Positions 1-14,680 of a stretch of 64,000 nt of DNA are shown in pieces; the first letter of the stretch is position 1; every line of letters begins with the position of its first letter. The position numbers and the translations under genes are program-made. Source of the DNA: Eledone cirrhosa (taxonomy: Eukaryota); assembly GCA_964016885.1 (NCBI GenBank), contig OZ024743.1, forward strand, positions 255,874,001-255,938,000, in the 5' to 3' direction. The notes under the pieces were generated by a model. It was not told the origin of the DNA and did not search any database. It worked only from the letters and a program-made list of their open reading frames with translations.

Positions 1-585
1 ATAATAATGATTTCTTTATTGGCCACAAGGACTGACATCAAGAAAAACATTACAGACGGCACAGGACGGTACATGACGGTACAATGTAAATATTTTTTAA
101 TAATGTTTCCAAAGTGTTTACAAAAAATACAATAAGGACAGCACAGGATGGTACGATGTGGGTTTGTGCATGTAAAAATGAGTATAAAACAAAAACAAAG
201 GATGTAACAAAAAAAAAATCAATGTAAAATTCCCCAAAAGGGGGGAGACTTCCATGGGTTACTCATGAAGAAAGCCCACAGAAGCTAGACTCACCTTGAC
301 TGCCGGAGCAAGTGCCCTCTCCCAGGTATTCTCCCTCAATCTAAAGGCACTCACTCAGAGCCGTCCAATTCACTCAGGAAATTCTCATCTTTTTCACCTA
401 CCTATCAACAAATTGTTTTGATCTACTCCATCCTGATTTTCCTTCTCAAGTGAAACCCGATTAAGTTTATCAGGGGGTCGCTGAAGAGAAAAGTGGCCAT
501 CTTCAGCCCTTTCAGATGCGTCCAACATATGACCTCTTTTGCCTTGGCCACTAGACAGACAAAAAGAGCCTGCCTTCCTGGCTAA
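1..585 (-). mobile_element. Degenerate 3' end of a non-LTR retrotransposon (L1/Tx1-like)
   Basis: Minus strand reads ...LFVCLVAKAKEVICWTHLKGLKM...FHLRRKIRME, resembling an L1/Tx1 ORF2 C-terminus. It is followed by a 3' UTR ending AATAAAGAAATCATTATTAT. A related 3' end occurs at 22838-23150. Confidence 0.5.
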
Positions 586-599
586 GGAAGTTATAATAT

Positions 600-3500
600 C
601 ATCACTGCCACCAACATCAACACTTCAACTCACATAACCAGCAATGTCACTACCAATACAACCTCTATGTCTACCACCACTGCTATTACCATTACCAACA
701 CTACCTCTATGACTACCACCACCACTAACACTACCACAGCCAATACAATTGCCAACAATGCCTCTATGACTACCACCAATAACAGTACCACCACTGCCAT
801 TACCACTACCAACACTACCTCTATGACTACCACCACCAACACTACCACCACTACCAACACCACCTCTAAGACTACCACCATCAACAGTACCACCACTGCC
901 ATTACCACTAACAACACTACCTCTATGACTACCACCACCAACACTACCAACACCACCTCTAAGACTACCACCACCAACAGTACCACCACTGCCATTACCA
1001 CTACCAACACTACCTCTATGACTACCACCACCAACACTACCACCACTACCAACACCACCTCTATGACTACCACCATCAACAGTACCACCACTGCCATTAC
1101 CACTAACAACACTACCTCTATGAATACCACCACCAACACTACCACCACTGCCATTACCCCTAACAACACTACCTCTATGACTACCACCACCAACAGTACC
1201 ACCACTGCCATTACCACTACCAACACTACCTCTATGACTACCACCACCAACACTACCACCACTACCAACACCACCTCTATGACTACCACCATCAACAGTA
1301 CCACCACTGCCATTACCACTAACAACACTACCTCTATGAATACCACCACCAACACTACCACCACTGCCATTACCACTAACAACACTACCTCTATGACTAC
1401 CACCACCAACACTACCACCACTGCCATTACCACTACCAACACTACCTCTATGAATACCACCACCAACACTACCACCACTGCCATTACCACTACCAACACC
1501 ACCTCTATGACTACCACCATCAACAGTACCACCACTGCCATTACCACTAACAACACTACCTCTATGAATACCACCACCAACACTACCACCACTGCCATTA
1601 CCCCTAACAACACTACCTCTATGACTACCACCACCAACACTACCACCACTGCCATTACCACTACCAACACTACCTCTATGAATACCACCACCAACACTAC
1701 CACCACTGCCATTACCCCTAACAACACTACCTCTATGACTACCACCACCAACACTACCACCACTGCCATTACCACTACCAACACTACCTCTATGACTACC
1801 ACCACCAACACTACCACCACTGCCATTACCACTAACAACACTACCTCTATGACTACCACCACCAACAGTACCACCACTGCCATTACCACTACCAACACTA
1901 CCTCTATGACTACCACCACCAACACTACCACCACTGCCATTACCACTACCAACACTACCTCTATGACTACCACCACCAACACTACCACCACTGCCATTAC
2001 CACTAACAACACTACCTCTATGACTACCACCACCAACACTACCACCACTGCCATTACCACTACCAACACTACCTCTATGACTACCACCACCAACACTACC
2101 ACCACTGCCATTACCCCTAACAACACTACCTCTATGACTACCACCACCAACAGTACCACCACTGCCATTACCACTACCAACACTACCTCTATGACTACCA
2201 CCACTGCCATTACCCCTAACAACACTACCTCTATGACTACCACCACCAACACTACCACCACTGCCATTAACACTAACAACACTACCTCTATGACTACCAC
2301 CACCAACAGTACCACCACTGCCATTACCACTACCAACACTACCTCTATGACTACCACCAACAACACTACCACCACTGACATTACCACTAACAACACGACC
2401 TCTATGACAACCACCACCAACACTACCACCACTGCCATTACCACTAACAACACTACCTCTCTAACTACCACCACCAACACTACCACCACTAGCATTACCA
2501 CTAACAACACTATCTCTATGACTACCACCACCAACACTACCACCACTGCCATTACCACTAACAACACTACCTCTATGACTACCACCACCAACAGTACCAC
2601 CACTGCCATTACCACTAACAACACTACCTCTCTGACTACCAGCACCAACACTACCACCACTACCATTACCACTAACAACACTACCTCTCTTACTACCACC
2701 ACCAACAGTACCACCACTGCCATTACCACTAACAACACTACCTCTATGACTACCACCACCAACACTACCACCACTGCCATTACCACTAACAACACTACCT
2801 CTATGACTACCACCAACAACACTACCACCACTGCCATTACCACTAACAACACTACCTCTCTAACTAACACCACCAACAGTACCACCACTGCCATTACCAC
2901 TAACAACACTACCTCTATGACTACCACCACCAACACTACCACCACCAACACTACCACCACTGCCATTACCCCTAACAACACTACCTCTATGACTACCACC
3001 ACCAACACTACCACCACTGCCATTACCACTAACAACACTACCCATGTAACTAACACCACCAACAGTACCACCACTGCCATTACCACTAACAACACTACCT
3101 CTATGACTACCACCACCAACAGTACCACCACTGCCATTACCACCACCAACACTACCTCTCTAACTACCACCACCAACAGTACCATCACTGCCATTACCAC
3201 TAACAACACTACCTCTATGACTACCACCACCAACACTACCACCACTGCCATTACCACTACCAACACTACCTCTATGACTACCACCACCAACACTACCATC
3301 ACTGCCATTACCACTAACAACACTACCTCTATGACTACCACCAACAACACTACCACCACTGCCATTACCCCTAACAACACTACCTCTATGACTACCACCA
3401 CCAAAACTACCACCACTGCCATTACCACTAACAACTCTACCGCTATGACTACCACCACCAACAGTACCACCACTGCCATTACCACTAACAACACTACCTC

Positions 3501-6500
3501 TATGACTACCACCAACAACACTACCACCACTGCCATTACCCCTAACAACACTACCTCTATGACTACCACCACCAACACTACCACCACTGCCATTACCACT
3601 AACAACACTACCTCTCTAACTACCACCACCAACAGTACCACCAATGCCATTGCCCCTAACAACACTACCTCTATGACTACCACCACCAACACTACCACCA
3701 CTGCCATTACCACTAACAACACTACCTCTATGACTACCACCATCAACAGTACCACCACTGACATTACCACTAACAACACTACCTCTATGACTACCACCAC
3801 CAACACTACCACCACTGCTTTTACCACTAACAACACTACATCTATGACTACCACCACCAACACTACCACCACTGCCATTACCACTAACAACACTACCTCT
3901 ATGACTACCACCATCAACAGTACCACCACTGACATTACCACTAACAACACTACCTCTATGACTACCACAACCAACACTACCACCACTGCTTCTACCACTA
4001 ACAACACTACCTCTATGACTACCACCACCAACACTACCACCACTGCTATTACCACTAACAACACTACCTCTATGACTACCACCACCAACACTACCACCAC
4101 TACCATTACCCCTAACAACACTACCTCTATGACTACCACCACCAACACTACCACCACTACCATTATCCCTAACAACACTACCTCTATGACTACCACCATC
4201 AACACTACCACCACTGCCATTACCACTAACAACACTACCTCTCTAACTACCACCACCAACACTACCACCACTACCATTACCACTAACAACACTACCTCTC
4301 TAACTACCACTACCAACACTACCACCACTGCAATAACCACTAACAACACTACCTCTCTGACTAACACCACCAACACTACCACCACTGCCATTACCACTAA
4401 CAACACTACCTCTATGACTACCACCACCAACACTACCACCATGCCATTACCACTAACAACACTACCTCTCTAACTACCACCACCAACAGTACCACCACTG
4501 CTATTACCACTAACAACACTACCTCTATGACTACCACCACCAACACTACCATTACCACTAACAACACTACCTCTATGACTACCACCACCAACACTACCAC
4601 CACTGCCATTACCACTAACAACACTACCTCTATGACTACCACCATCAACAGTACCACCACTGACATTACCACTAACAACACTACCTCTATGACTACCACC
4701 ACCAACACTACCACCACTGCTTCTACCACTAACAACACTACCTCTATGACTACCACCACCAACACTACCACCACTGCTATTACCACTAACAACACTACCT
4801 CTATGACTACCACCACCAACACTACCACCACTACCATTACCCCTAACAACACTACCTCTATGACTACCACCACCAACACTACCACCACTACCATTATCCC
4901 TAACAACACTACCTCTATGACTACCACCATCAACACTACCACCACTGCCATTACCACTAACAACACTACCTCTCTAACTACCACCACCAACACTACCACC
5001 ACTACCATTACCACTAACAACACTACCTCTCTAACTACCACTACCAACACTACCACCACTGCAATAACCACTAACAACACTACCTCTCTGACTAACACCA
5101 CCAACACTACCACCACTGCCATTACCACTAACAACACTACCTCTATGACTACCACCACCAACACTACCACCACTGCCATTACCACTAACAACACTACCTC
5201 TCTAACTACCACCACCAACAGTACCACCACTGCTATTACCACTAACAACACTACCTCTATGACTACCACCACCAACACTACCATTACCACTAACAACACT
5301 ACCTCTATGACTACCACCACCAACACTACCACCACTGCTATTACCACTAACAACACTACCTCTCTGACTACCACCACCAACACTACCACCACTGCCATTA
5401 CCACTAACAACACTGCCTCTTTGACTACCACCACCAACACTACCACCACTGCTATTACCACTAACAACACGACCTCTCTGACTATCACCACCAACACTAC
5501 CACCACTGCCATTACCACTAACAACACTACCACCACTGCAATTACCACTAACAACACTACCTCTATGACTACCACCATAACAGTACCACCACTGCCATTA
5601 CCACTAACAACACTACCTCTCTGACTACCACCACCAACACTACCACCACTGCCATTACCACTAACAACACTACCACCACTGCTATTGCCACTAACAACAC
5701 TACCTCTATGACTACCACCACCAACAGTACCACCACTTCCATTACCACTAACAAAACTACCTCTATGACTACCACCACCAACACTACCACCACTGCCATT
5801 ACCACTAACAACACTACCTCTCTAACTACCACCACCAACAGTACCACCACTGCCATTACCACTAACAACACTACCTCTTTGACTACCACCACCAACATTA
5901 CCACCACTGCCATTACCACTAACAACACCACCTCTATGACTACCACCATCAACACTACCACCACTGCCATTACCACCACCAATACTACCTCTATGACTAC
6001 CACCACCAACACTACCACCACTGCTATTACCACTAACAACACTACCTCTCTGACTACCACCACCAACACTACCACCACTGCCATTACCACTAACAACACT
6101 GCCTCTTTGACTACCACCACCAACACTACCACCACTGCTATTACCACTAACAACACGACCTCTCTGACTATCACCACCAACACTACCACCACTGCCATTA
6201 CCACTAACAACACTACCACCACTGCAATTACCACTAACAACACTACCTCTATGACTACCACCATAACAGTACCACCACTGCCATTACCACTAACAACACT
6301 ACCTCTCTGACTACCACCACCAACACTACCACCACTGCCATTACCACTAACAACACTACCACCACTGCTATTGCCACTAACAACACTACCTCTATGACTA
6401 CCACCACCAACAGTACCACCACTTCCATTACCACTAACAACACTACCTCTATGACTACCACCACCAACACTACCACCACTGCCATTACCACTAACAACAC

Positions 6501-8740
6501 TACCTCTATGACTACCACCACCAACAGTGCCACCACTGCCATTACCACGAACAACACTACCTCTCTGACTACCACCACCAACAGTGCCACCACTGCCATT
6601 ACCACTAACAACACTACCTCTATGACTACCACCACCAACACTACCACCACTGCCATTACCACCACCAATACTACCTCTATGACTACCACCACCAACACTA
6701 CCACCACTGCCATTACCACTAACAACACTACCTCTATGACTACCACCAACAACACTACCACCACTGCCATTACCACGAACAACACTACCTCTCTAACTAC
6801 CACCACCAACACTACCACCACTGCCATTACCACTAACAACACTACCTCTATGACTACCACCATCAACACTACCACCACTGCCATTACCACTAACAACACT
6901 ACCTCTATGACTACCACCACCAACACTACCACCACTGCCATTACCACTAACAACACTACCTCTATGACTACCACCACCAACAGTACCACCACTGCCATTA
7001 CAACTAACAACACTACCTCTATGACTACCACCACCAACACTACCACCACTACCATTACCCCTAACAACACTACCTCTATGACTACCACCACCAACAGTAC
7101 CACCACTACCATTACCACTAACAACACTACCTCTCTAACTACCACCACCAACACTACCACCACTGCCATTACCACTAACAACACTACCTCTATGACTACC
7201 ACCACCAACACTACCACCACTACCATTACCCCTAACAACACTACCTCTATGTCTACCACCACCAACACTACCACCACTGCCATTACCACTAACAACACTA
7301 CCACCACTGCCATTACCACTAACAACACTACCTCTCTGACTACCACCACCAACACTACCACCACTGCCATTACCACTAACAACACTACCTCTCTAACTAC
7401 CACCACCAACAATACCACCACTGCCATTACCACTAACAACACTACCTCTATGACTACCACCACCAACACTACCACCACTACCATTGCCACTAACAACACT
7501 ACCTCTAAGACTACCACCACTAACACTACCACCACTGCCATTACCACTAACAACACCACCTCTATGACGACCACCACCAACACTACCACCACTACCATTA
7601 TCCCTAACAACACTACCTCTATGACTACCACCACCAACACTACCACCACTGCCATTACCACTAACAACACTACCTCTCTGACTACCACCACCAACACTAC
7701 CACCACTACCATTACCACTAACAACACTACCTCTATGACTACCACCGCCAACAGTACCACCACTGCCATTACCACTACCAACACCACCTCTATGACTACC
7801 ACCACCAACACTACCACCACTGCCATTACCACTACCAACACTACCTCTATGACTACCACCACCACCAGTACCACCACTGCCATTACCACTACCAAACTAC
7901 CTCTATGACTACCACCACCACAAGTACCACCACTGCCATTACCACTAACGACACTACCTCTATGACTACCACCACCAACAATACCACCACTGCCATTACC
8001 CCTAACAACACTACCTCTATGACTACCACCACCAACACTACCACCACTGCCATTACCACTAACAACACTACCTCTATGACTACCACCACCAACACTTCCA
8101 CCACCAACACTACCACCACTGCCATTACCACTACCAACACCACCTCTATGACTACCACCACCAACACTACCACCACTGCCATTACCCCTAACAACACTAC
8201 CACTATGACTACCACCACCAACACTACCACCACTGCCATTACCCCTAACAACACTACCACTATGACTACCACCACCAACACTACCACCACTGCCATTACC
8301 CCTAACAACACTACCACCCCTGCCATTACCACTAACAACACTACCTCTCTGACTACCACCATCAACAGTACCACCACTGCCATTACCACTACCAACACCA
8401 CCTCTATGACTACCACCACCAACAGTACCACCACTGCCATTACCACTACCAATACTACCTCTATGACTACCACCACCAACACTACCACCACTGCCATTAC
8501 CACTAACAACACTACCTCTATGACTCCACCACCACCAGTACCACCACTGCCATTACCACTACCAACACCACCTCTATGACTACCACCACCAACAGTACCA
8601 CCACTACCATTACCACTAACAACACTACCACTATGACTACCACCACCAACACTACCACCACTACCACCACTATGACTACCACCACCAACAATACTACCAC
8701 CACCAACACTGCCATTACCACTAACAGTGTGCTATAGATG
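600..8740 (+). repeat. 57-bp minisatellite array, unit translating as MTTTTNTTTTAITTNNTTS (mucin-like open frames)
   Basis: Unit ATGACTACCACCACCAACACTACCACCACTGCCATTACCACTAACAACACTACCTCT repeated over about 8.1 kb. ORF segments 667-4473, 4527-5624, 5708-6310, 6394-7908 and 7905-8579 are separated by single-base frameshifts. Confidence 0.95.
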
Positions 8741-8959
8741 GTGGATGCATTGTAATAGCAACATGCCAATAGTAAAAAAAAATATGGAAATTCTATGATT
8801 AATTATGTTCAGTAAATTTCTTGTATGTTTCATGTAACATATTATTTGAAAATTTGTTAAGAATTTATTTATATATGTATGTGTTTGTGTGGGCTTATAT
8901 ATATATATGTATATACAATGATATTAAATAAATGGAAACTATATTTATGAAACCATATT

Positions 8960-9029
8960 TATTTTATTATATATATTTCAAGGGTTAGGTTACCAAGACA
9001 ACATTGGTACGCTTTCATCAGATAAAATA
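8960..9029 (-). ncRNA. Type I hammerhead ribozyme motif in a PLE pseudo-LTR fragment
   Basis: Minus strand: TATTTTAT-CTGATGA-AAG..TACCAA/TTGGTA hairpin..CTT-GAAA-TATATA-TA-ATAAAATA. Perfect 8-bp stem I, palindromic stem III, AUA cleavage triplet. Same family as 47793-47858. Confidence 0.8.
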
Positions 9030-9161
9030 CAAAATTTAATATCTTTGAATATTTACTCCAGTATCTTGTTGAGTGCTCTAAATCAGTTTATGTTTGTCGG
9101 ACTTACAACAAATTAAATACCACTTCTACTGATATATGTGTTTCTATATATATATATATAT

Positions 9162-10290
9162 ATACTATATTATATTTTGAGATTAAACTCTCAGTCGTTT
9201 ACAATTAATCAGCTCCAAGAAAGAGGCATTTAATATAGTATATTGCTCCTTAACTGTAGAGCTGATCTTTAATCCCGTATAAACGGCTGTTATTTCTAGC
9301 ACCGGGAATGCGGGGCCGCTAGTTTGGCTGGCTACACGCACGTGTAGTCAGACCTGCAAAATTTTTGATGGTGGAATGTACTAATTTTACTGGATTTCTG
9401 TTGATAAGCACAGAAGATTCGGCTATTTCACTTTTTATTTCAATTCCATTTCGATTCTCTTTATTTTTCAATTCATGTACCATCGTTGCGAAACATATTC
9501 AGGTTTCGAAGTTCAAATTCATCTACGGAGCGGGTTTGGATTTTGAAATTTAGATTTGTCCAGGAATCACGGCCTTTGCCAATATAAGCTTGTCTTTATT
9601 GACTTATATCGAGACAGACAAATTGTATTCACTTTAATTTGTTTATTTCATTGATAGCTAACTTTGTCTGTTGCAATGCAAACACGTTTTGTGTTTATCA
9701 TATATATTAATGTATAACATGTATTTAACTGCTCGGAAATGCCTCTTTCTTGGAGCTGATTAATTGTAAACGACTGAGAGTTTAATCTCAAAATATAATA
9801 TAGTATATTGCTCTTTAACTGTAGAGCTGATCTTTAATCCCGTATAAACGGCTGTTATTTCTAGCACCGGGAATGCGGGACGGCTAGTTTGGCTGGCTAC
9901 ACGCACGTGTAGTCAGACCTGCAAAATTTTTGATGGTGGAATGTACTAATTTTACTGGATTCCTGTTGATAAGCACAGAAGATTTGGCTATTTCACTTTT
10001 TATTTCAATTCCATTTCGATTCTCTTTATTTTTCAATTCATGTACCATCGTTGCGAAACATATTTAGGTTTCGAAGTTCTAATTCATCTACGGAGCGGGT
10101 TTGGATTTTGAAATTTAGATTTGTCCAGGAATCACGGCTTTTGCCAATATAAGCTTGTCTTTATTGGCTTATATCGAGACAGACAAATTGTATTCACTTT
10201 AATTAGTTTATTTCATTGATAGCGAACTTTGTCTGTTACAATGCAAACACGTTTTGTGTTTATCATATATATTAATGTATAACATGTATA
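9162..10290. mobile_element. PLE-type partial tandem plus inverted-end structure inserted in (TA)n
   Basis: 9231-9722 is directly repeated at about 9797-10290. 9162-9230 is the reverse complement of about 9738-9806. Both sides are flanked by TA repeats. Confidence 0.6.
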
Positions 10291-10916
10291 TATATATTAA
10301 GAAAATATCTATATGAGTGTGTAATTAATACACGCATACATTTATTTTTTTAATTTCAATTGAGTTCTTAACACGTTGGATTGATAATGTTTTTGAAAAA
10401 ACTAATTAACCCGAGTGTATATTATTTTTTTCTTTTCTCGTGTCGTGGTTGTCTCCCTTTCACGCTTCGTGACGCTATGAAACTTCCTCAGTCAAAAGAC
10501 TGCTGGAATTTCAAATTTGGCGGTCATTCGATGCGTGGGGGAGCAGCTTAGCGGACACGATTTTTAACTACGGTAATGCTGTTTTCTTATTTCAAAGTTT
10601 AATGGGATTCCACTGAAGATTTATAAGTGCCCACCTAAATATATTCTTACATGAATATATGTTAGGCTTCTGCATAAACTGGAAACATTCTCCCAGCTTG
10701 TAGAAAACTTATAATGAAACAATTGTTTGGAAAGAGAGATATATTTTAACTTTAATTATATCTCATAAAATAGTACAACTGGCTTTCCACAAAATACATA
10801 TAGTTAGCACCCCAAACACTTAAATTGGGTTATACAAACATATAACCTAATGTTTGTTGAGTGAGATGGTTACCAGTCGGAGTTTAGCGTTAAGCTATCT
10901 CTGTTATTGTATTAAT

Positions 10917-11004
<88 letters not shown>

Positions 11005-11006
<2 letters not shown>

Positions 11007-14000
11007 TAGAAGTGGTATTTAATTTGTTGGAAGTGATGGTAATGGTGATATTGAGGTTGGTGGTTGTCAGAATTGTAGTGGTGGTGGTTGTCATAGTGGT
11101 AGTGCTGGTAGTGGTAATGGCAGTGGTGGAGGTGGTTGTGAGAGTGGTAGTGCTGGTAGTGGTAATGGCAGTGGTGGTAGTGTTGGTGGTGGTAGTCATA
11201 GAGGTAGTGTTGTTAGTGTTAATGGTAGTGGTGGTAGTGTTGGTGGTGGTAGTCATAGAGGTAGTGTTGTTAGTGGTAATGGCAGTGGTGGTAGTGTTGG
11301 TGGTGGTAGTCATAGAGGTAGTGTTGTTAGTGGTAATGGCAGTGGTGGTACTGTTGGTGGTGGTAGTCATAGAGGTAGTGTTGTTAGTGGTAATGGTAGT
11401 GGTGGTAGTGTTGGTGGTGGTAGTCATAGAAGTAGTGTTGTTAGTGGTAATGGCAGCGGTGGTAGTGTTGGTGGTGGTAGTCAGAGAGGTAGTGTTGTTA
11501 GTGTTAATGGTAGAGGTGGTAGTGTTGGTGGTGGTATTCATAGAGGTAGTGTTGGTAGTGGTGGTAGTGTTGGTGGTGGTAGTCATAGAGGTAGTGTTGT
11601 TAGTGGTAATGGCAGTGGTGGTACTGTTGGTGGTGGTATTCATAGAGGTAGTGTTGTTAGTGGTAATGGCAGTGGTGGTAGTGTTGGTGGTGGTAGTCAT
11701 AGAGGTAGTGTTGTTAGTGGTAATGGCAGTGGTGGTACTGTTGGTGGTGGTATTCATAGAGGTGGTGTTGGTAGTGGTGGTACTGTTGGTGGTGGTAGTC
11801 ATAGAGGTAGTGTTGTTAGTGGTAATGGCAGTGGTGGTAGTGTTGGTGGTGGTAGTTAGAGAGGTAGTGTTGTTAGTGGTAATGGCAGTGGTGGTAGTGT
11901 TGGTGGTGGTAGTTAGAGAGGTGGTGTTGTTAGTGGTAATGGCAGTGGTGGTAGTGTTGGTGGTGGTAGTCATAGAGGTAGTGTTGTTAGTGGTAATGGC
12001 AGTGGTGGTAGTGTTGTTAGGGGTAATGGCAGTGGTGGTAGTCAGAGAGGTAGTGTTGTTAGTGGTAATGGCAGTGGTGGTAGTGTTGGTGGTGGTAGTG
12101 TTGGTGGTGGTAGTCATAGAGGTAGTGTTGTTAGTGGTAATAGCAGTGGTGGTAGTGTTGTTAGGGGTAATGGCAGTGGTGGTAGTGTTGGTGGTGGTAG
12201 TCATAGAAGTAGTGTTGTTAGTGGTAATGGCAGTGGTGGTACTGTTGGTGGTGGTAGTCATAGAGGTAGTGTTGTTAGGGGTAATGGTAGTGGTGGTAGT
12301 GTTGGTGGTGGTAGTCATAGAAGTAGTGTTGTTAGTGGTAATGGCGGTGGTGGTAGTGTTGGTGGTGGTATTCATAGAGGTAGTGTTGTTAGTGGTAATG
12401 GTAGTGGTGGTAGTGTTGGTGGTGGTATTCATAGAGGTGGTAATGGCAGTAGTGGTAGTGTTGGTGGTGGTAGTCATAGAGGTAGTGTTGTTAGTGGTAA
12501 TGGTAGTGGTGGTAGTGTTGGTGGTGGTAGTCATAGAGGTAGTGTTGTTAGTGGTAATGGCAGTGGTGGTAGTGTTGGTGGTGGTAGTCATAGAGGTGGT
12601 GTTGGTAGTGGTAATGGCAGTGGTGGTACTGCTGGTGGTGGTAGTCATAGAGGTAGTGTTGTTAGTGGTAATGGCAGTGGTGGTAGTGTTGGTGGTGGTA
12701 GTCATAGAGGTGGTGTTGGTAGTGGTAATGGTAGTGGTGGTAGTGTTGGTGGTGGTAGTTAGAGAGGTAGTGTTGTTAGTGGTAATGGCAGTGGTGGTAG
12801 TGTTGGTGGTGGTAGTCATAGAGGTAGTGTTGTTAGTGGTAATGGTAGTGGTGGTAGTGTTGGTGGTGGTAGTTAGAGAGGTAGTGTTGTTAGTGGTAAT
12901 GGCAGTGGTGGTAGTGTTGGTGGTGGTAGTCATAGAGGTAGTGTTGTTAGTGGTAATGTCAGTGGTGGTAGTGTTGTTGGTGGTAGTTAGAGAGGTAGTG
13001 TTGTTAGTGGTAATGGCAGTGGTGGTACTGTTGGTGGTGGTAGTTAGAGAGGTAGTGTTGTTAGTGGTAATGGCAGTGGTGGTAGTGTTGGTGGTGGTAG
13101 TCTTTGAGGTAGTGTTGTTAGTGGTAATGGCAGTGGTGGTAGTGTTGGTGGTGGTAGTCATAGAGGTAGTGTTGTTAGTGGTAATGGCAGTGGTGGTACT
13201 GTTGGTGGTGGTAGTTAGAGAGGTAGTGTTGTTAGTGGTAATGGCAGTGGTGGTACTGTTGGTGGTGGTAGTCATAGAGGTAGTGTTGTTAGTGGTAATG
13301 GCAGTGGTGGTAGTGTTGGTGGTGGTAGTCTTAGAGGTAGTGTTGTTAGTGGTAATGGCAGTGGTGGTAGTGTTGGTGGTGGTAGTCATAGAGGTGGTGT
13401 TGGTAGTGGTGGTAGTGTTGGTGGTGGTAGTCATAGAGGTAGTGTTGGTAGTGGTAATGGCAGTGGTGGTACTGTTGATGGTGGTAGTCATAGAGGTGGT
13501 GTTGGTAGTGGTGGTAGTGTTGGTGGTGGTAGTCATAGAGGTAGTGTTGGTAGTGGTAATGGCAGTGGTGGTACTGTTGATGGTGGTAGTCATAGAGGTG
13601 GTGTTGGTAGTGGTGGTAGTGTTGGTGGTGGTAGTCATAGAGGTAATGTTGGTAGTGGTAATGGCAGTGGTGGTACTGTTGGTGGTGGTAGTCTTAGAGG
13701 TGGTGTTGGTAGTGGTGGTAGTGTTGGTGGTGGTAGTCATAGAGGTAGTGTTGGTAGTGGTAATGGCAGTGGTGGTACTGTTGATGGTGGTAGTCATAGA
13801 GGTGGTGTTGGTAGTGGTGGTAGTGTTGGTGGTGGTAGTCATAGAGGTAGTGTTGGTAGTGGTAATGGCAGTGGTGGTACTGTTGATGGTGGTAGTCATA
13901 GAGGTGGTGTTGGTAGTGGTGGTAGTGTTGGTGGTGGTAGTCATAGAGGTAGTGTTGGTAGTGGTAATGGCAGTGGTGGTACTGTTGGTGGTGGTAGTCT

Positions 14001-14260
14001 TAGAGGTGGTGTTGGTAGTGGTGGTAGTGTTGGTGGTGGTAGTCATAGAGGTAGTGTTGGTAGTGGTAATGGCAGTGGTGGTACTGTTGATGGTGGTAGT
14101 CATAGAGGTGGTGTTGGTAGTGGTGGTAGTGTTGGTGGTGGTAGTCATAGAGGTAGTGTTGGTAGTGGTAATAGCAGTGGTGGTAGACATAGAGGTTGTA
14201 TTGGTAGTGACATTGCTGGTTATGTGAGTTGAAGTGTTGATGTTGGTGGCAGTGATGATA
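11005..14260 (-). repeat. Second, inverted copy of the 57-bp Thr/Asn minisatellite (about 3.2 kb)
   Basis: Reverse complement of the 600-8740 unit. The Thr-rich frame 10912-14190 is uninterrupted (1092 codons) and runs into (TA)n. Confidence 0.95.
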
Positions 14261-14261
14261 T

Positions 14262-14680
14262 TATAACTTTCTTAGCCAGGAAGGCAGGCTCTTTTTGTCT
14301 GTCTAGTGGCCAAGGCAAAAGAGGTCATATGTTGGACGCATCTGAAAGGGCTGAAGATGGCCACTTTTCTCTTCAGCGACCCCCTGATAAACTTAATCAG
14401 GTTTCACTTGAGAAGGAAAATCAGGATGGAGTAGATCAAAACAATTTGTTGATAGGTAGGTGAAAAAGATGAGAATTTCCTGAGTGAATTGGACGGCTCT
14501 GAGTGAGTGCCTTTAGATTGAGGGAGAATACCTGGGAGAGGGCACTTGCTCCGGCAGTCAAGGTGAGTGTAGTTTCTGTGGGCTTTCTTCATGAGTAACC
14601 CATGGAAGTCTACCCCCTTTTGGGGAAATTTATATTTTTTCTTTTTTTTTGTTACATCCTTTGTTTTTGTTTTATACTCA
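14262..14680 (+). mobile_element. Inverted copy of the LINE 3' fragment at 179-590
   Basis: Near-identical reverse complement of 179-590, with only a few mismatches. Confidence 0.85.

Noticed and set aside
630-14227. Very long Val-rich ORFs (up to 1270 aa)
   Set aside because: They are antisense shadows of the ACN triplet repeat, with no plausible protein features.
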